58,812 nt of DNA, taken from NCBI GenBank assembly GCA_045595895.1, contig JAZOBJ010000012.1, positions 1 through 58,812 on the forward strand. Direction: 5' to 3'. Below, piece by piece: positions 9,558 through 17,839 of this stretch. The position numbers and the translations under genes are program-made. The notes under the pieces are model-generated. The model made no database searches. It was given only the letters and a program-made list of their open reading frames with translations, and was not told the DNA's origin. The number at the start of each line of letters is the position of its first letter. Position 1 is the stretch's first letter. This stretch comes from Candidatus Alloscybalousia sp. (GTDB taxonomy: Bacteria > Bacillota_I > Bacilli_A > RF39 > UBA660).

Positions 9558-10064
9558 ATGAAAAAATATTATGAGGATAGGGAATATCTGAATAAGGTTT
9601 ATGATATATTGGATAATAAAGAGTTTCAAAAAATGGAAGATATTATTCATCATGAAGGTAATCGCTTAGATCATTCAATTCGAGTATCTTATTATTCATA
9701 TAGGATAGCTAAATTATTAAAATTAGATAGTGAAAAAGTAGCACGTGCAGCTTTATTACATGATTTTTTTCTTGAAGAAAATCACGGTGCTAAAAATAAA
9801 GAACGAGTAGTAACAATGTTAAAACATCCACAGTATGCCTTAGAAAACTCTAAAAAGTATTTTGAAATATCACCATTAGAAGAAGATATAATTTTAACAC
9901 ATATGTTCCCAATTGGACCACGAGTACCAAAATACTTTGAAAGTTGGATGGTAGATATAGTAGATGATGTAGCATCTGTTTATGAAAAAACAACTGTTGT
10001 ACGTAGACACCTATCAACAGCAACATGTTTCCTAGTAATGATTTTAGTAAACAATCTAAGATAA
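9558..10064 (+). CDS. HD-domain phosphohydrolase with a C-terminal hydrophobic tail
   Basis: HSIRVSYYSYRIA ... AALLHDFF is an HD motif. A TTGCAT-17-TAATAT promoter-like element lies upstream. Confidence 0.75.
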   Translation: MKKYYEDREYLNKVYDILDNKEFQKMEDIIHHEGNRLDHSIRVSYYSYRIAKLLKLDSEKVARAALLHDFFLEENHGAKNKERVVTMLKHPQYALENSKKYFEISPLEEDIILTHMFPIGPRVPKYFESWMVDIVDDVASVYEKTTVVRRHLSTATCFLVMILVNNLR

Positions 10065-10110
10065 TTAGATTGTTTTTTCTTTAGTTTTTGATATAATTAA
10101 AAATGAAGTT

Positions 10111-10187
10111 GTTCTCGTAGCTCAGTAGGATAGAGCAATCGCCTCCTAAGCGATAGGTCGGAAGTTCGATTCTTCTCGGGAACACCA
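10111..10187 (+). tRNA. tRNA-Arg (anticodon CCU), CCA encoded
   Basis: Manual cloverleaf: acceptor GTTCTCG/CGGGAAC, D arm GCTC-AGTAGGATA-GAGC, anticodon arm ATCGC-CTCCTAA-GCGAT, T arm GGAAG-TTCGATT-CTTCT, then ACCA. Confidence 0.9.
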
Positions 10188-10198
10188 TTAAAAATAAA

Positions 10199-10226
10199 AG
10201 AACCTACAAAATATAGGTTCTTTTTT
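10199..10226. terminator. Bidirectional intrinsic terminator between tRNA-Arg and the convergent LtaS-like gene
   Basis: AGAACCTA-caaaatat-TAGGTTCT is flanked by A- and T-runs. Confidence 0.7.
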
Positions 10227-12167
10227 CTATTTAAATATTTCGTTATAAATATTATTTTTAATAATTGAATCACTAATGGAAAAACTGTTAGCCACTCTAG
10301 TATTAATTCTACTGATGTATTCATTATCAACTTCTGAACCATCTTTACTAATAAATTTCTTACCATGTGTAAAATATGTTCCTTTATCAGTTACCCAACT
10401 ACGATCACTAAAAACAGCTATACCTTCGTAATCACTTAAAATATCTTTTCCAACTAATAATCTAGAATCATATTCAACCCCAAATAAATTTAAAAGAGTA
10501 GGTAAAATATCTATCTGACTAGCAGTCTTATCAACAACCACATTCTCAGTCATCCCACTATTCCAAATAACTAAATTACTTCTGTTAACTTCAACAACAT
10601 CATCTCTTTCGAACTTAGATATTTCATTAACTTCATCCATAGTAAGAACATAAGGATAATGATCACCTGCAAAAGCTATAACTGTATCATCTAATATACC
10701 ATCAGCTTCTAATTTATTAATTAGAGTTTCTAAAGCTCTATCAAACTCAATTTGAGCCGATAAATAAGCTTTGACTGGAGCAGAGTAAGGTAAATCATTA
10801 ACTAGTTTTCTATTCTTATTAGCTATACTATTACCACCTCTAAAGTTATAAGGTGAATGACCACTAACAGAAACATAATAAGTCATAAATTTTTCTGAAG
10901 TATTATATTTAGGTAGAGTAACATTAATCATATCAACATCACTAGGTAACCATTTACAGTTCATTTCCTTTTGTAAGCCATTTCCACATCCCATATATGA
11001 ATTAAATCCTAATGTCTTCATTGTTTTATTTCTTTGATAATAAGTATAAGTCCAATTATGATAAGCGTTAGTGGTATAACCTAATCTATTAAAACTATTA
11101 CCAAAAGCGTAATAAATATTAGGAGATTTACTTTTCCATGAATTAAGAATTGATTGTGTAGGAATAAGACCAGTAGCTGCTTGAAATTCACCACCAGTAG
11201 TACTTAAAAACTCAGGTGAATAAAAATTATTAAACACAAAACCACTGTTAACTAACTTATATAAAGTAGGTGTAAGTTTAGGATCAACAGCTATACTATT
11301 AAAACTTTCAGCTAATATAAATATCAAATTTTTTCCTTCAAAGTAACCTGTATATTCGTTTTTATTAGTAGGTGAAGTAGTTTTTAAATATTCTAAAAGT
11401 TTTTTCTTACTATCACTACCAGTATTAGCTATTAAACTATCGAAATCAATTTCAACTTCGTTATAAGTAATAATTATTGGTTCTTCAATGTCAGGTTCTA
11501 CTTTTTCCTCGTTATCCGATCCAACTAAAATTGTTTCTTCAAACCCAAACAACGTCCTCTTAATATCAAGTCTAGTAGCAGTAACTAAACCAAAATCTAA
11601 AATAGTCATTTTTTCTTCTTTAACATGATAATAAATATTATAAGTAGAGTATAATTTACCCTTATCAAACTGTAATGATAAAATACTAATTACATAGAAT
11701 ACTAAAATTAATCCTAAACATAATAAATTTTTTTTCCAATGAAATTCTTTAAATTCAATCTTCTTTCTACAAATAATTAAACCAACAAGAGGGATAAAGA
11801 ATAGTACTAGCATCACAATATTCTTAAGTAATGTTTCAATAACTATATTAGCAAAATCTAAAGCCTGATTTGCAAGACCTATAGTTTGAAAAGAGAAAGG
11901 AACTGAGAATAAAATATAAAAAATATATTGAAAGATAAAATAAATACAAAAGATCGTAGTAAAACTAAAAGTTATTATTCTATTAATCTTACTCTTAAAG
12001 AAACTACTAAATAATGTTAAGACAAGAATAATAGGGATACTAAATAGTAATGTGTAAATAAAATTTATTCCCCCAATATTATTATAAACAGCTATCTTAT
12101 ATACAAATTCTAAGTACAAGACTAAAAAGGTATAAAAAATTATTTTATTAATTTTAATGTTTTTCAT
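10227..12167 (-). CDS. LTA synthase family protein (polytopic N-terminus plus extracellular sulfatase-fold domain)
   Basis: About five N-terminal TM helices are followed by NLIFILAESFN, SGHSPY and AFAGDHYPY. The start is moved to ATG 12167, behind GGAG. Confidence 0.85.
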   Translation of the reverse strand: MKNIKINKIIFYTFLVLYLEFVYKIAVYNNIGGINFIYTLLFSIPIILVLTLFSSFFKSKINRIITFSFTTIFCIYFIFQYIFYILFSVPFSFQTIGLANQALDFANIVIETLLKNIVMLVLFFIPLVGLIICRKKIEFKEFHWKKNLLCLGLILVFYVISILSLQFDKGKLYSTYNIYYHVKEEKMTILDFGLVTATRLDIKRTLFGFEETILVGSDNEEKVEPDIEEPIIITYNEVEIDFDSLIANTGSDSKKKLLEYLKTTSPTNKNEYTGYFEGKNLIFILAESFNSIAVDPKLTPTLYKLVNSGFVFNNFYSPEFLSTTGGEFQAATGLIPTQSILNSWKSKSPNIYYAFGNSFNRLGYTTNAYHNWTYTYYQRNKTMKTLGFNSYMGCGNGLQKEMNCKWLPSDVDMINVTLPKYNTSEKFMTYYVSVSGHSPYNFRGGNSIANKNRKLVNDLPYSAPVKAYLSAQIEFDRALETLINKLEADGILDDTVIAFAGDHYPYVLTMDEVNEISKFERDDVVEVNRSNLVIWNSGMTENVVVDKTASQIDILPTLLNLFGVEYDSRLLVGKDILSDYEGIAVFSDRSWVTDKGTYFTHGKKFISKDGSEVDNEYISRINTRVANSFSISDSIIKNNIYNEIFK

Positions 12168-12263
12168 AACTACCAACTCCATATATTATTATTATATAAT
12201 ATTTTTAGAAAAATTAATCATAAATTTAAAGATATGATATAATAAACATGGAGTTGATAAATA

Positions 12264-13343
12264 ATGAAGTCACTACAAAACTATTTGAAAGAGTATGGTA
12301 AATATACACTTTTGGAAAAAGAATTTAATGAAGTAGATAATATAATGCTTTCTATTATTTCTTACGTTGATTATAAAGGTATTGTTCCAGGTATTAAATT
12401 AGGAAAAATATCACTAAAAGAAGCAAGCAACAGATATTTTAAAATGAATACTAAAAAAGAAGTAGATAGAGATATAAGGTCAGTAAGAAATGCAAAATAT
12501 TTATTAAAAGCTATGGCTGAAACACGAAGATTTAAGGATTTAATCCTATATAATTATAAATATAAAGTAACAGAAGATATGCAATTTGGTGCTTTATGTA
12601 TCCAACTTCCTGATAAAAAAATCTATGTTTCATTTAAGGGAACAGATAGTTATGTAAGTGGTTGGGAAGAAGACTGTATGTTTACATATATGTTTCCAAC
12701 TAAAGCTCAAGAAGAAGCAATAAAGTATTTGAATAAAGTTATTGGACTATTATCTCCCAAGATATATGTGGGTGGTCACTCTAAAGGTGGTAACTTAGCT
12801 ATAGTAGCATCAATGTATGCCAGACCTATAATTCGACATAAAATAATTAATATATTTAATAATGATGGACCTGGTTTAAGAAAAAAAGAATTTGAATCTA
12901 GAGAATATAAAAAAATTGAATCTAAACTAATAACATATGTGCCTAAGTATTGTTTGGTGGGTATGTTGTTAAGACACTCTGATAAGTATATTGTAGTTGA
13001 TAGTGAAAATAAAAAATTTCTACAACATGATGCCACATCTTGGATAGTAGAAGTTGATAAACTTAAAAGAACTGAGTTAAGTGAATTTAGTAAAAAAGTA
13101 GAAAAAGGTGCAATTGCCTGGTTAGAAAAATTAGAAGACCAAAAAAGAAAACATTTTGTAGAAAGTTTATTTAGCATTCTGAAAAAAGCTGAGATTACCG
13201 ACTTAAATGAGATAATAGAATCTAAAGTAAGTAGTATTTTAAAAATAATAAAAGGAACAAATGATTTAGATAAAGAAACTAGAGATATGCTAATCACCGG
13301 TTTTAAAGATTTATATAATGAAATAAAGAAGGAGCAAGTATGA
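12264..13343 (+). CDS. DUF2974 (Mbeg1-like) alpha/beta hydrolase, putative lipase/esterase
   Basis: It contains VSFKGTDSYVSGWEED and the nucleophile elbow GGHSKGGNLA. Confidence 0.65.
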   Translation: MKSLQNYLKEYGKYTLLEKEFNEVDNIMLSIISYVDYKGIVPGIKLGKISLKEASNRYFKMNTKKEVDRDIRSVRNAKYLLKAMAETRRFKDLILYNYKYKVTEDMQFGALCIQLPDKKIYVSFKGTDSYVSGWEEDCMFTYMFPTKAQEEAIKYLNKVIGLLSPKIYVGGHSKGGNLAIVASMYARPIIRHKIINIFNNDGPGLRKKEFESREYKKIESKLITYVPKYCLVGMLLRHSDKYIVVDSENKKFLQHDATSWIVEVDKLKRTELSEFSKKVEKGAIAWLEKLEDQKRKHFVESLFSILKKAEITDLNEIIESKVSSILKIIKGTNDLDKETRDMLITGFKDLYNEIKKEQV

Positions 13344-14236
13344 AAAAAACAGGATATATAGAAAAAACAGATGAGTATTTTATAAATGCTAAAAATGGTG
13401 ATAAAGTACCAGTTAGAGACCTACAGTTAGAAATACTAAGCATCATGGATGAAATTGATAGAGTGTGTAGAAAAAATAATATTAAATATTTTTTAATAGC
13501 TGGTAGTAGTTTGGGTATATGTAACTATGGTGGCTTCATTCCATGGGATGATGATATGGATATTTCACTTAGTATTGATGATTGGCCTAGATTTATTGAA
13601 GCCATGAAGAAAGATCTAAATAAAGATTTTTATTTTGACTGTTACGAAATTGATAAAAAATACAATACAATTTCAGGTCCATGGATGAAAGTAAGAAAAA
13701 AAGGAACTTTTATTGAAGAAGTGAATTTCCTACTTAAAAACAGATGTAAAAGAGGAAATGGTATTTTTGTTGATGTAATTCCATATGGTGGTATTTCAGA
13801 AAATAAATTTATTGACGAACTAGAAAGAACTGTTGTAAAGATTAATATGTTATTTATTGTACTATTAGATAATTTACGTATTAACCCAATACCATTTAAG
13901 AGCTTTGTATATTGGTTTTCTAAAAAATGCTTAAAGTGGCATAGAAATAGTAAATTAGTTTCTCAACCAGTATCAGTACCATGGGAAAAATTTATGCACG
14001 AACCAATATTTCAAAAGAAAGATGTTTATCCAGTTAAAGAATATGATTTTGAAGGAAGAAAATTCTATTCTTACAACAACATTGAAAAAATAATGAAAGA
14101 GTGGTATGGAACTAATTGTTTAAAAAAATGGGATGGTAAAAAATGGGTAGAAACTTTACCAAAAGAAAAAAGAAATGCTAAACACACTAAAGATTTAAAT
14201 CTAAATGGAGATAAACCAAAAAATAAAGACCAATGA
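13340..14236 (+). CDS. LicD family phosphotransferase
   Basis: LIAGSSLG...GFIPWDDDMDISL is the LicD DxD region. An ATGA overlap couples it to the upstream gene. Confidence 0.8.
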   Translation: MKKTGYIEKTDEYFINAKNGDKVPVRDLQLEILSIMDEIDRVCRKNNIKYFLIAGSSLGICNYGGFIPWDDDMDISLSIDDWPRFIEAMKKDLNKDFYFDCYEIDKKYNTISGPWMKVRKKGTFIEEVNFLLKNRCKRGNGIFVDVIPYGGISENKFIDELERTVVKINMLFIVLLDNLRINPIPFKSFVYWFSKKCLKWHRNSKLVSQPVSVPWEKFMHEPIFQKKDVYPVKEYDFEGRKFYSYNNIEKIMKEWYGTNCLKKWDGKKWVETLPKEKRNAKHTKDLNLNGDKPKNKDQ

Positions 14237-14249
14237 ATTGGTCTTTTTA

Positions 14250-14840
14250 TTAACGTTGATTTCCACTTTGAATATTTAATGTTTTAAGATTATTTGAAAT
14301 TAAATACTGTTGTAAATTATCAAGTGTAGTTAGTTTTTCGTTTAAATGTTCAGGACAAACAGCATAGGCAAAATCCCTTTGTTCTTTAGTTGAATAAGCT
14401 GCTAAAGAAGCATAATTATTAACTAACAATTTAGTTAAGTTCTTATTACGTAGCAATTCAGAGTAAACAAGAGAAGGTGATTCTAAACGCCCTAACTGAT
14501 TATAAACATAATTGACTGCTTGAGTAGTAGTTTCTGGATAACCATTACTACCAACTTCACGAAGTTCTCTAGCATAACCAGCACGGGTTTCAATAGTATA
14601 TGACAAATAAGCACCTCTTATTAATTCGACAAATAATGCATCAGTTCCAATATTTCTAACATTTTCTCTGGCACCATTAGTACTTGTTAAACCACTAAAT
14701 CTATTATTATCAAAAATATCATTTAAACACAATCCTATGAATTCGTATTCTTTATCACTGTATTGTTGGTTATTATTAATACTATAATGTTTCATTATAG
14801 TATCGTAACTACTTTGTTTAATAATTTGAATTATTTCCAT
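14250..14840 (-). CDS. Hypothetical protein
   Basis: This is a 196-aa ORF with no TM helix and no motif I recognise. It shares the hairpin AGACCAAtgaaTTGGTCT (14226-14243) with the convergent licD. Confidence 0.45.
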   Translation of the reverse strand: MEIIQIIKQSSYDTIMKHYSINNNQQYSDKEYEFIGLCLNDIFDNNRFSGLTSTNGARENVRNIGTDALFVELIRGAYLSYTIETRAGYARELREVGSNGYPETTTQAVNYVYNQLGRLESPSLVYSELLRNKNLTKLLVNNYASLAAYSTKEQRDFAYAVCPEHLNEKLTTLDNLQQYLISNNLKTLNIQSGNQR

Positions 14841-14958
14841 TTTTACACATCCTATCATAAAAAAATATAACATATATTTTATAAATAGTCAAAAAGTAAA
14901 TGCTAAATTATTATAAGTCTGTTATACTAATAATAGAAGTAATAATATAGGAGGAAAT

Positions 14959-15111
14959 ATGGCAAATAATAATATTACTAAAAAGAAAAAAGGTGAAACT
15001 ATTTATGAAGCTAAATTGGATGATAGGAGCATGCAAAGAGAAAATATTATGAAAATAGTTTTAGCAGTCCTTGTATTATGTGTTGCTTTATTTAGTGTTT
15101 TATTTTCATAG
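14959..15111 (+). CDS. Small 50-aa protein with a C-terminal TM helix (not in the ORF track)
   Basis: A perfect AGGAGG lies 7 nt before the ATG. The product is MANNNITKKKKGETIYEAKLDDRSMQRENIMKIVLAVLVLCVALFSVLFS, and a terminator hairpin follows directly. Confidence 0.5.
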   Translation: MANNNITKKKKGETIYEAKLDDRSMQRENIMKIVLAVLVLCVALFSVLFS

Positions 15112-15135
15112 ACTTACTTTGTAAGTCTTTTTCTT
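15110..15135 (+). terminator. Intrinsic terminator after the 50-aa ORF
   Basis: AGACTTAC-ttt-GTAAGTCT is followed by TTTTTCT. Confidence 0.6.
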
Positions 15136-15197
15136 TATTCATTTTTAGTGTATAATAATGTTATATTTTAAGCGTTAAGCTTTAGGAAGTGACAATT

Positions 15198-16541
15198 ATG
15201 AAAAGTGATAAATTATTTAATGCAACGAATTCATTAATAATTGGTATCTGTCTAATAGTGTTAGGTATTATCATGTGTGTTGGTAAGGATTTGTTATATA
15301 TTAATTTTGTAAATATATTTTTAATAGCTGTACTATTTTTATCTATCAAGCAGTTTCTTAATTATTTTTTAGGTAAAAAGAAGGAGAAAAACATCAATTT
15401 TACTAAGAGCTTTTTAAATTTGTGTTTTTGTTTAATATGTTCACTTTTTAAAAATATTCCTTTATCTATTTTGCCAATTATTTTTGGAATATATTTATTA
15501 ATAAATGCAACTATTAAATTTATTAATTATATAATTTTATTTAAAACTAAGGCTAATGGTAAACTAACTGAATTTGTGTTAGGATTTATTTACTTAATAA
15601 TATCTATTCCTATTATTTTTTCACCAATAAAATACTTAAGTGTAGTTTTAGTAATTATTGGTGTTTATACAATTTTGTTAGGAACAAACTACATAATTGA
15701 TTTTGTTACATTTATTATTCCAAAGAAAGTCAAAAACAAATTGAAAAGAAGTATTCGAATTAGCTTGCCTGTGTTTATAGAAGCTATAATACCATATACA
15801 ATATTAAATGAAATTAATTACCAATTAGATAAAGAGAACTATGATAAACCATTCATATTTGAGGAAAAAAAGAAAGAAGTAGAACCAGATATGGAAGTAT
15901 TTGTTCATACTTCTAATAGAGGTTTCAATAGAATGGGGCATGTCGATGTTTGTTATAATAATAAAGTTATATCATATGGAAACTATGATGATAGTACTAT
16001 TAAATTCTTTAGTATGATAGGAGATGGAATTATATTTACTACAGACAGAAATAAATATATACCATTTTGTATAGAACATAGTAAAAAGACTATATTTGCC
16101 TTTGGTCTAAAATTAACTGATAACCAAAAAAGGAATATTGATAAAACTATAAATAAAATATTTGAGGATGTATATGAGTGGCATCCCCCATATGTAAATG
16201 CATTATCAAAAAGAAAAAATGCTAATAAAAATAAATATAGAGATTATGCAAGTAGATTATACCAAACTACCAACGCAAGTTTTTATAAATTTAAAACAGG
16301 AAGATTTAAAAAATATTTCACCTTAGGAAATAATTGTTGTAAGTTAGCAGATCATATTATTGGTAAAAGTGGAATTGACTTATTAAAGATGAATGGAATT
16401 ATAACTCCAGGTGCTTATTATGAATATTTAAATAGAGAGTTCCAAAAGAAAAATAGTATGGTAATTAGCAGAAAAATTTATAATAGTAAGAATGTAGATA
16501 AAAAAACAGTAAAAGAAATATTTCAAGGTTTTTCAAGATAA
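15198..16541 (+). CDS. Polytopic membrane protein with a C-terminal soluble His...Cys domain
   Basis: About six N-terminal TM helices (DUF308/HdeD-like look) are followed by a soluble domain of roughly 215 aa with MGHVDVCY and GNNCCKLADHII. The start is moved to ATG 15198, behind AGGAAG. Confidence 0.55.
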   Translation: MKSDKLFNATNSLIIGICLIVLGIIMCVGKDLLYINFVNIFLIAVLFLSIKQFLNYFLGKKKEKNINFTKSFLNLCFCLICSLFKNIPLSILPIIFGIYLLINATIKFINYIILFKTKANGKLTEFVLGFIYLIISIPIIFSPIKYLSVVLVIIGVYTILLGTNYIIDFVTFIIPKKVKNKLKRSIRISLPVFIEAIIPYTILNEINYQLDKENYDKPFIFEEKKKEVEPDMEVFVHTSNRGFNRMGHVDVCYNNKVISYGNYDDSTIKFFSMIGDGIIFTTDRNKYIPFCIEHSKKTIFAFGLKLTDNQKRNIDKTINKIFEDVYEWHPPYVNALSKRKNANKNKYRDYASRLYQTTNASFYKFKTGRFKKYFTLGNNCCKLADHIIGKSGIDLLKMNGIITPGAYYEYLNREFQKKNSMVISRKIYNSKNVDKKTVKEIFQGFSR

Positions 16542-16570
16542 AAAAACGTACTTGGTTAAGTACGTTTTTA
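16541..16570. terminator. Bidirectional intrinsic terminator shared by the 15198 gene and the convergent tRNA-Thr
   Basis: AAAAAA-CGTACTT-ggtt-AAGTACG-TTTTT. Confidence 0.65.
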
Positions 16571-16576
16571 TTCTAA

Positions 16577-16650
16577 TGGTGCCGAATGACATAGTCGAAA
16601 TGTCCTCTGACCCTTACCAAGGGCCTGTTTTACCGCTAAACTAAATCGGC
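16577..16650 (-). tRNA. tRNA-Thr (anticodon GGU), CCA encoded
   Basis: The reverse complement folds as acceptor GCCGATT/ATTCGGC (one U-U mismatch), D arm GTTT-AGCGGTA-AAAC, anticodon arm GGCCC-TTGGTAA-GGGTC, T arm GACAT-TTCGACT-ATGTC, discriminator A, CCA. Confidence 0.8.
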
Positions 16651-16662
16651 AGCTACTCTTAT

Positions 16663-16691
16663 AGTTTAATATAAAAAAAACTAAGATGCAA
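16663..16691 (-). promoter_or_regulatory. SigA-type promoter for tRNA-Thr
   Basis: On the minus strand, TTGCAT-17 nt-TAAACT ends about 12 nt upstream of the mature 5' end. Confidence 0.45.
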
Positions 16692-16753
16692 TATTATAAT
16701 AAAAATAATGTATATTTTCCTTTAATGGTGACATTCTAATAAGGGAGGATAAT

Positions 16754-17188
16754 ATGAAAAATGAAAATGAAGTAAACGTATTAGATGAACTGAATAAAGG
16801 GGCTTGTATGGGAATGGATGCAATTCACTTTATCTTAGATAAAGTAGAAGATGACCATTTTAAACAAATATTAGAAACGCAATATGCCCAATATCAATCT
16901 ATTGCGACTAAAATAAGTGAATTATATCCAGAATATAGTAATAAAGAACCACATGATACTAGTGCTATGAACAAAGCAATGACTTGGTACAATATTGAAA
17001 TGAAAACATTAACAGATAAAAGTAATTCTAAAATAGCAGAATTATTACTTCAAGGGACAAATATGGGAATCATTGAAGGGAGAAAATTATTAAATCATAA
17101 AAGTACTGATGACCAAGTTAATTCACTAGTACAAGCATATGTAGATATGCAAGAGGAAGCAGTAGAAAAAATAAAACAATTTTTATAA
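16754..17188 (+). CDS. Helical-bundle protein (DUF2383/ferritin-like appearance), function unknown
   Basis: The product is all-helical and contains LNKGACMGMDAIHFILDKV. The RBS is AAGGGAGG, and the terminator AAAAACTACAAatTTGTAGTTTTT lies at 17187-17214. Confidence 0.4.
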   Translation: MKNENEVNVLDELNKGACMGMDAIHFILDKVEDDHFKQILETQYAQYQSIATKISELYPEYSNKEPHDTSAMNKAMTWYNIEMKTLTDKSNSKIAELLLQGTNMGIIEGRKLLNHKSTDDQVNSLVQAYVDMQEEAVEKIKQFL

Positions 17189-17275
17189 AAAACTACAAAT
17201 TTGTAGTTTTTTTTATTTATATATTTAATTTTAATAAAAAATATGCTAAAATTATGACAGAATAGAGGGGATTAT

Positions 17276-17839
17276 ATGAACGAACAAAAAGTAGGTTTAA
17301 CTACTATAAATTGGATATTATCAATACTTGGAATTATTGTCTTAATGTGTTTTATTGTATTACCTCCAGTATTTAGAACTTTTTTGCAAGAAAAACCAGA
17401 AATGCCAGAGGAACCAGTAACCCAAATAATATTAACAACAGTTTGTCGTAAAGAACAAATTAATTACGAAAACTATGTAGATAATGAGATATATACATTT
17501 AAACACCAAGACAATAAAGTTATCGAGTATACTAAAGAAATTAAAAGAATTTATCGTGATCCACTAGTATATCAACAAGAAAAACAATCTTATGGAGAAT
17601 TAGTTACAGCATTTAGTATTGTAAATGGTTATGATTATGCTGTATCACCTGATGATAATGAATCTATAGTTAATATTATGGAAACATATAATCTTAAAAC
17701 TTTTCAACCAACTATGATCGTAATACCTGGTAATACTGAACCAACACCAGTAAATTCGGAAATAGAATTAAATGATAATATTACTAACACAACCCCCACA
17801 TTAACAATTAATGGTTATGTTTGTTCAAGTAATGAATAA
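17276..17839 (+). CDS. Signal-anchored extracytoplasmic protein, function unknown
   Basis: The RBS is AGAGGGGA. There is a single N-terminal TM helix and no motif I recognise. The 3' end overlaps the convergent germination permease gene by 32 nt. Confidence 0.45.
   Translation: MNEQKVGLTTINWILSILGIIVLMCFIVLPPVFRTFLQEKPEMPEEPVTQIILTTVCRKEQINYENYVDNEIYTFKHQDNKVIEYTKEIKRIYRDPLVYQQEKQSYGELVTAFSIVNGYDYAVSPDDNESIVNIMETYNLKTFQPTMIVIPGNTEPTPVNSEIELNDNITNTTPTLTINGYVCSSNE

Noticed and set aside
10097-10366. An 89-aa minus-strand ORF from the track.
   Set aside because: It runs antisense straight through the tRNA-Arg gene and its terminator and into the 3' end of the LtaS-like gene. It has no RBS and is an artefact of AT-rich sequence.
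12776-13297. Track ORF 12776..13297(-), 173 aa.
   Set aside because: It is antisense inside the DUF2974 gene, which carries a GHSKGG nucleophile elbow. It has Ser/Leu-rich reverse-frame composition.
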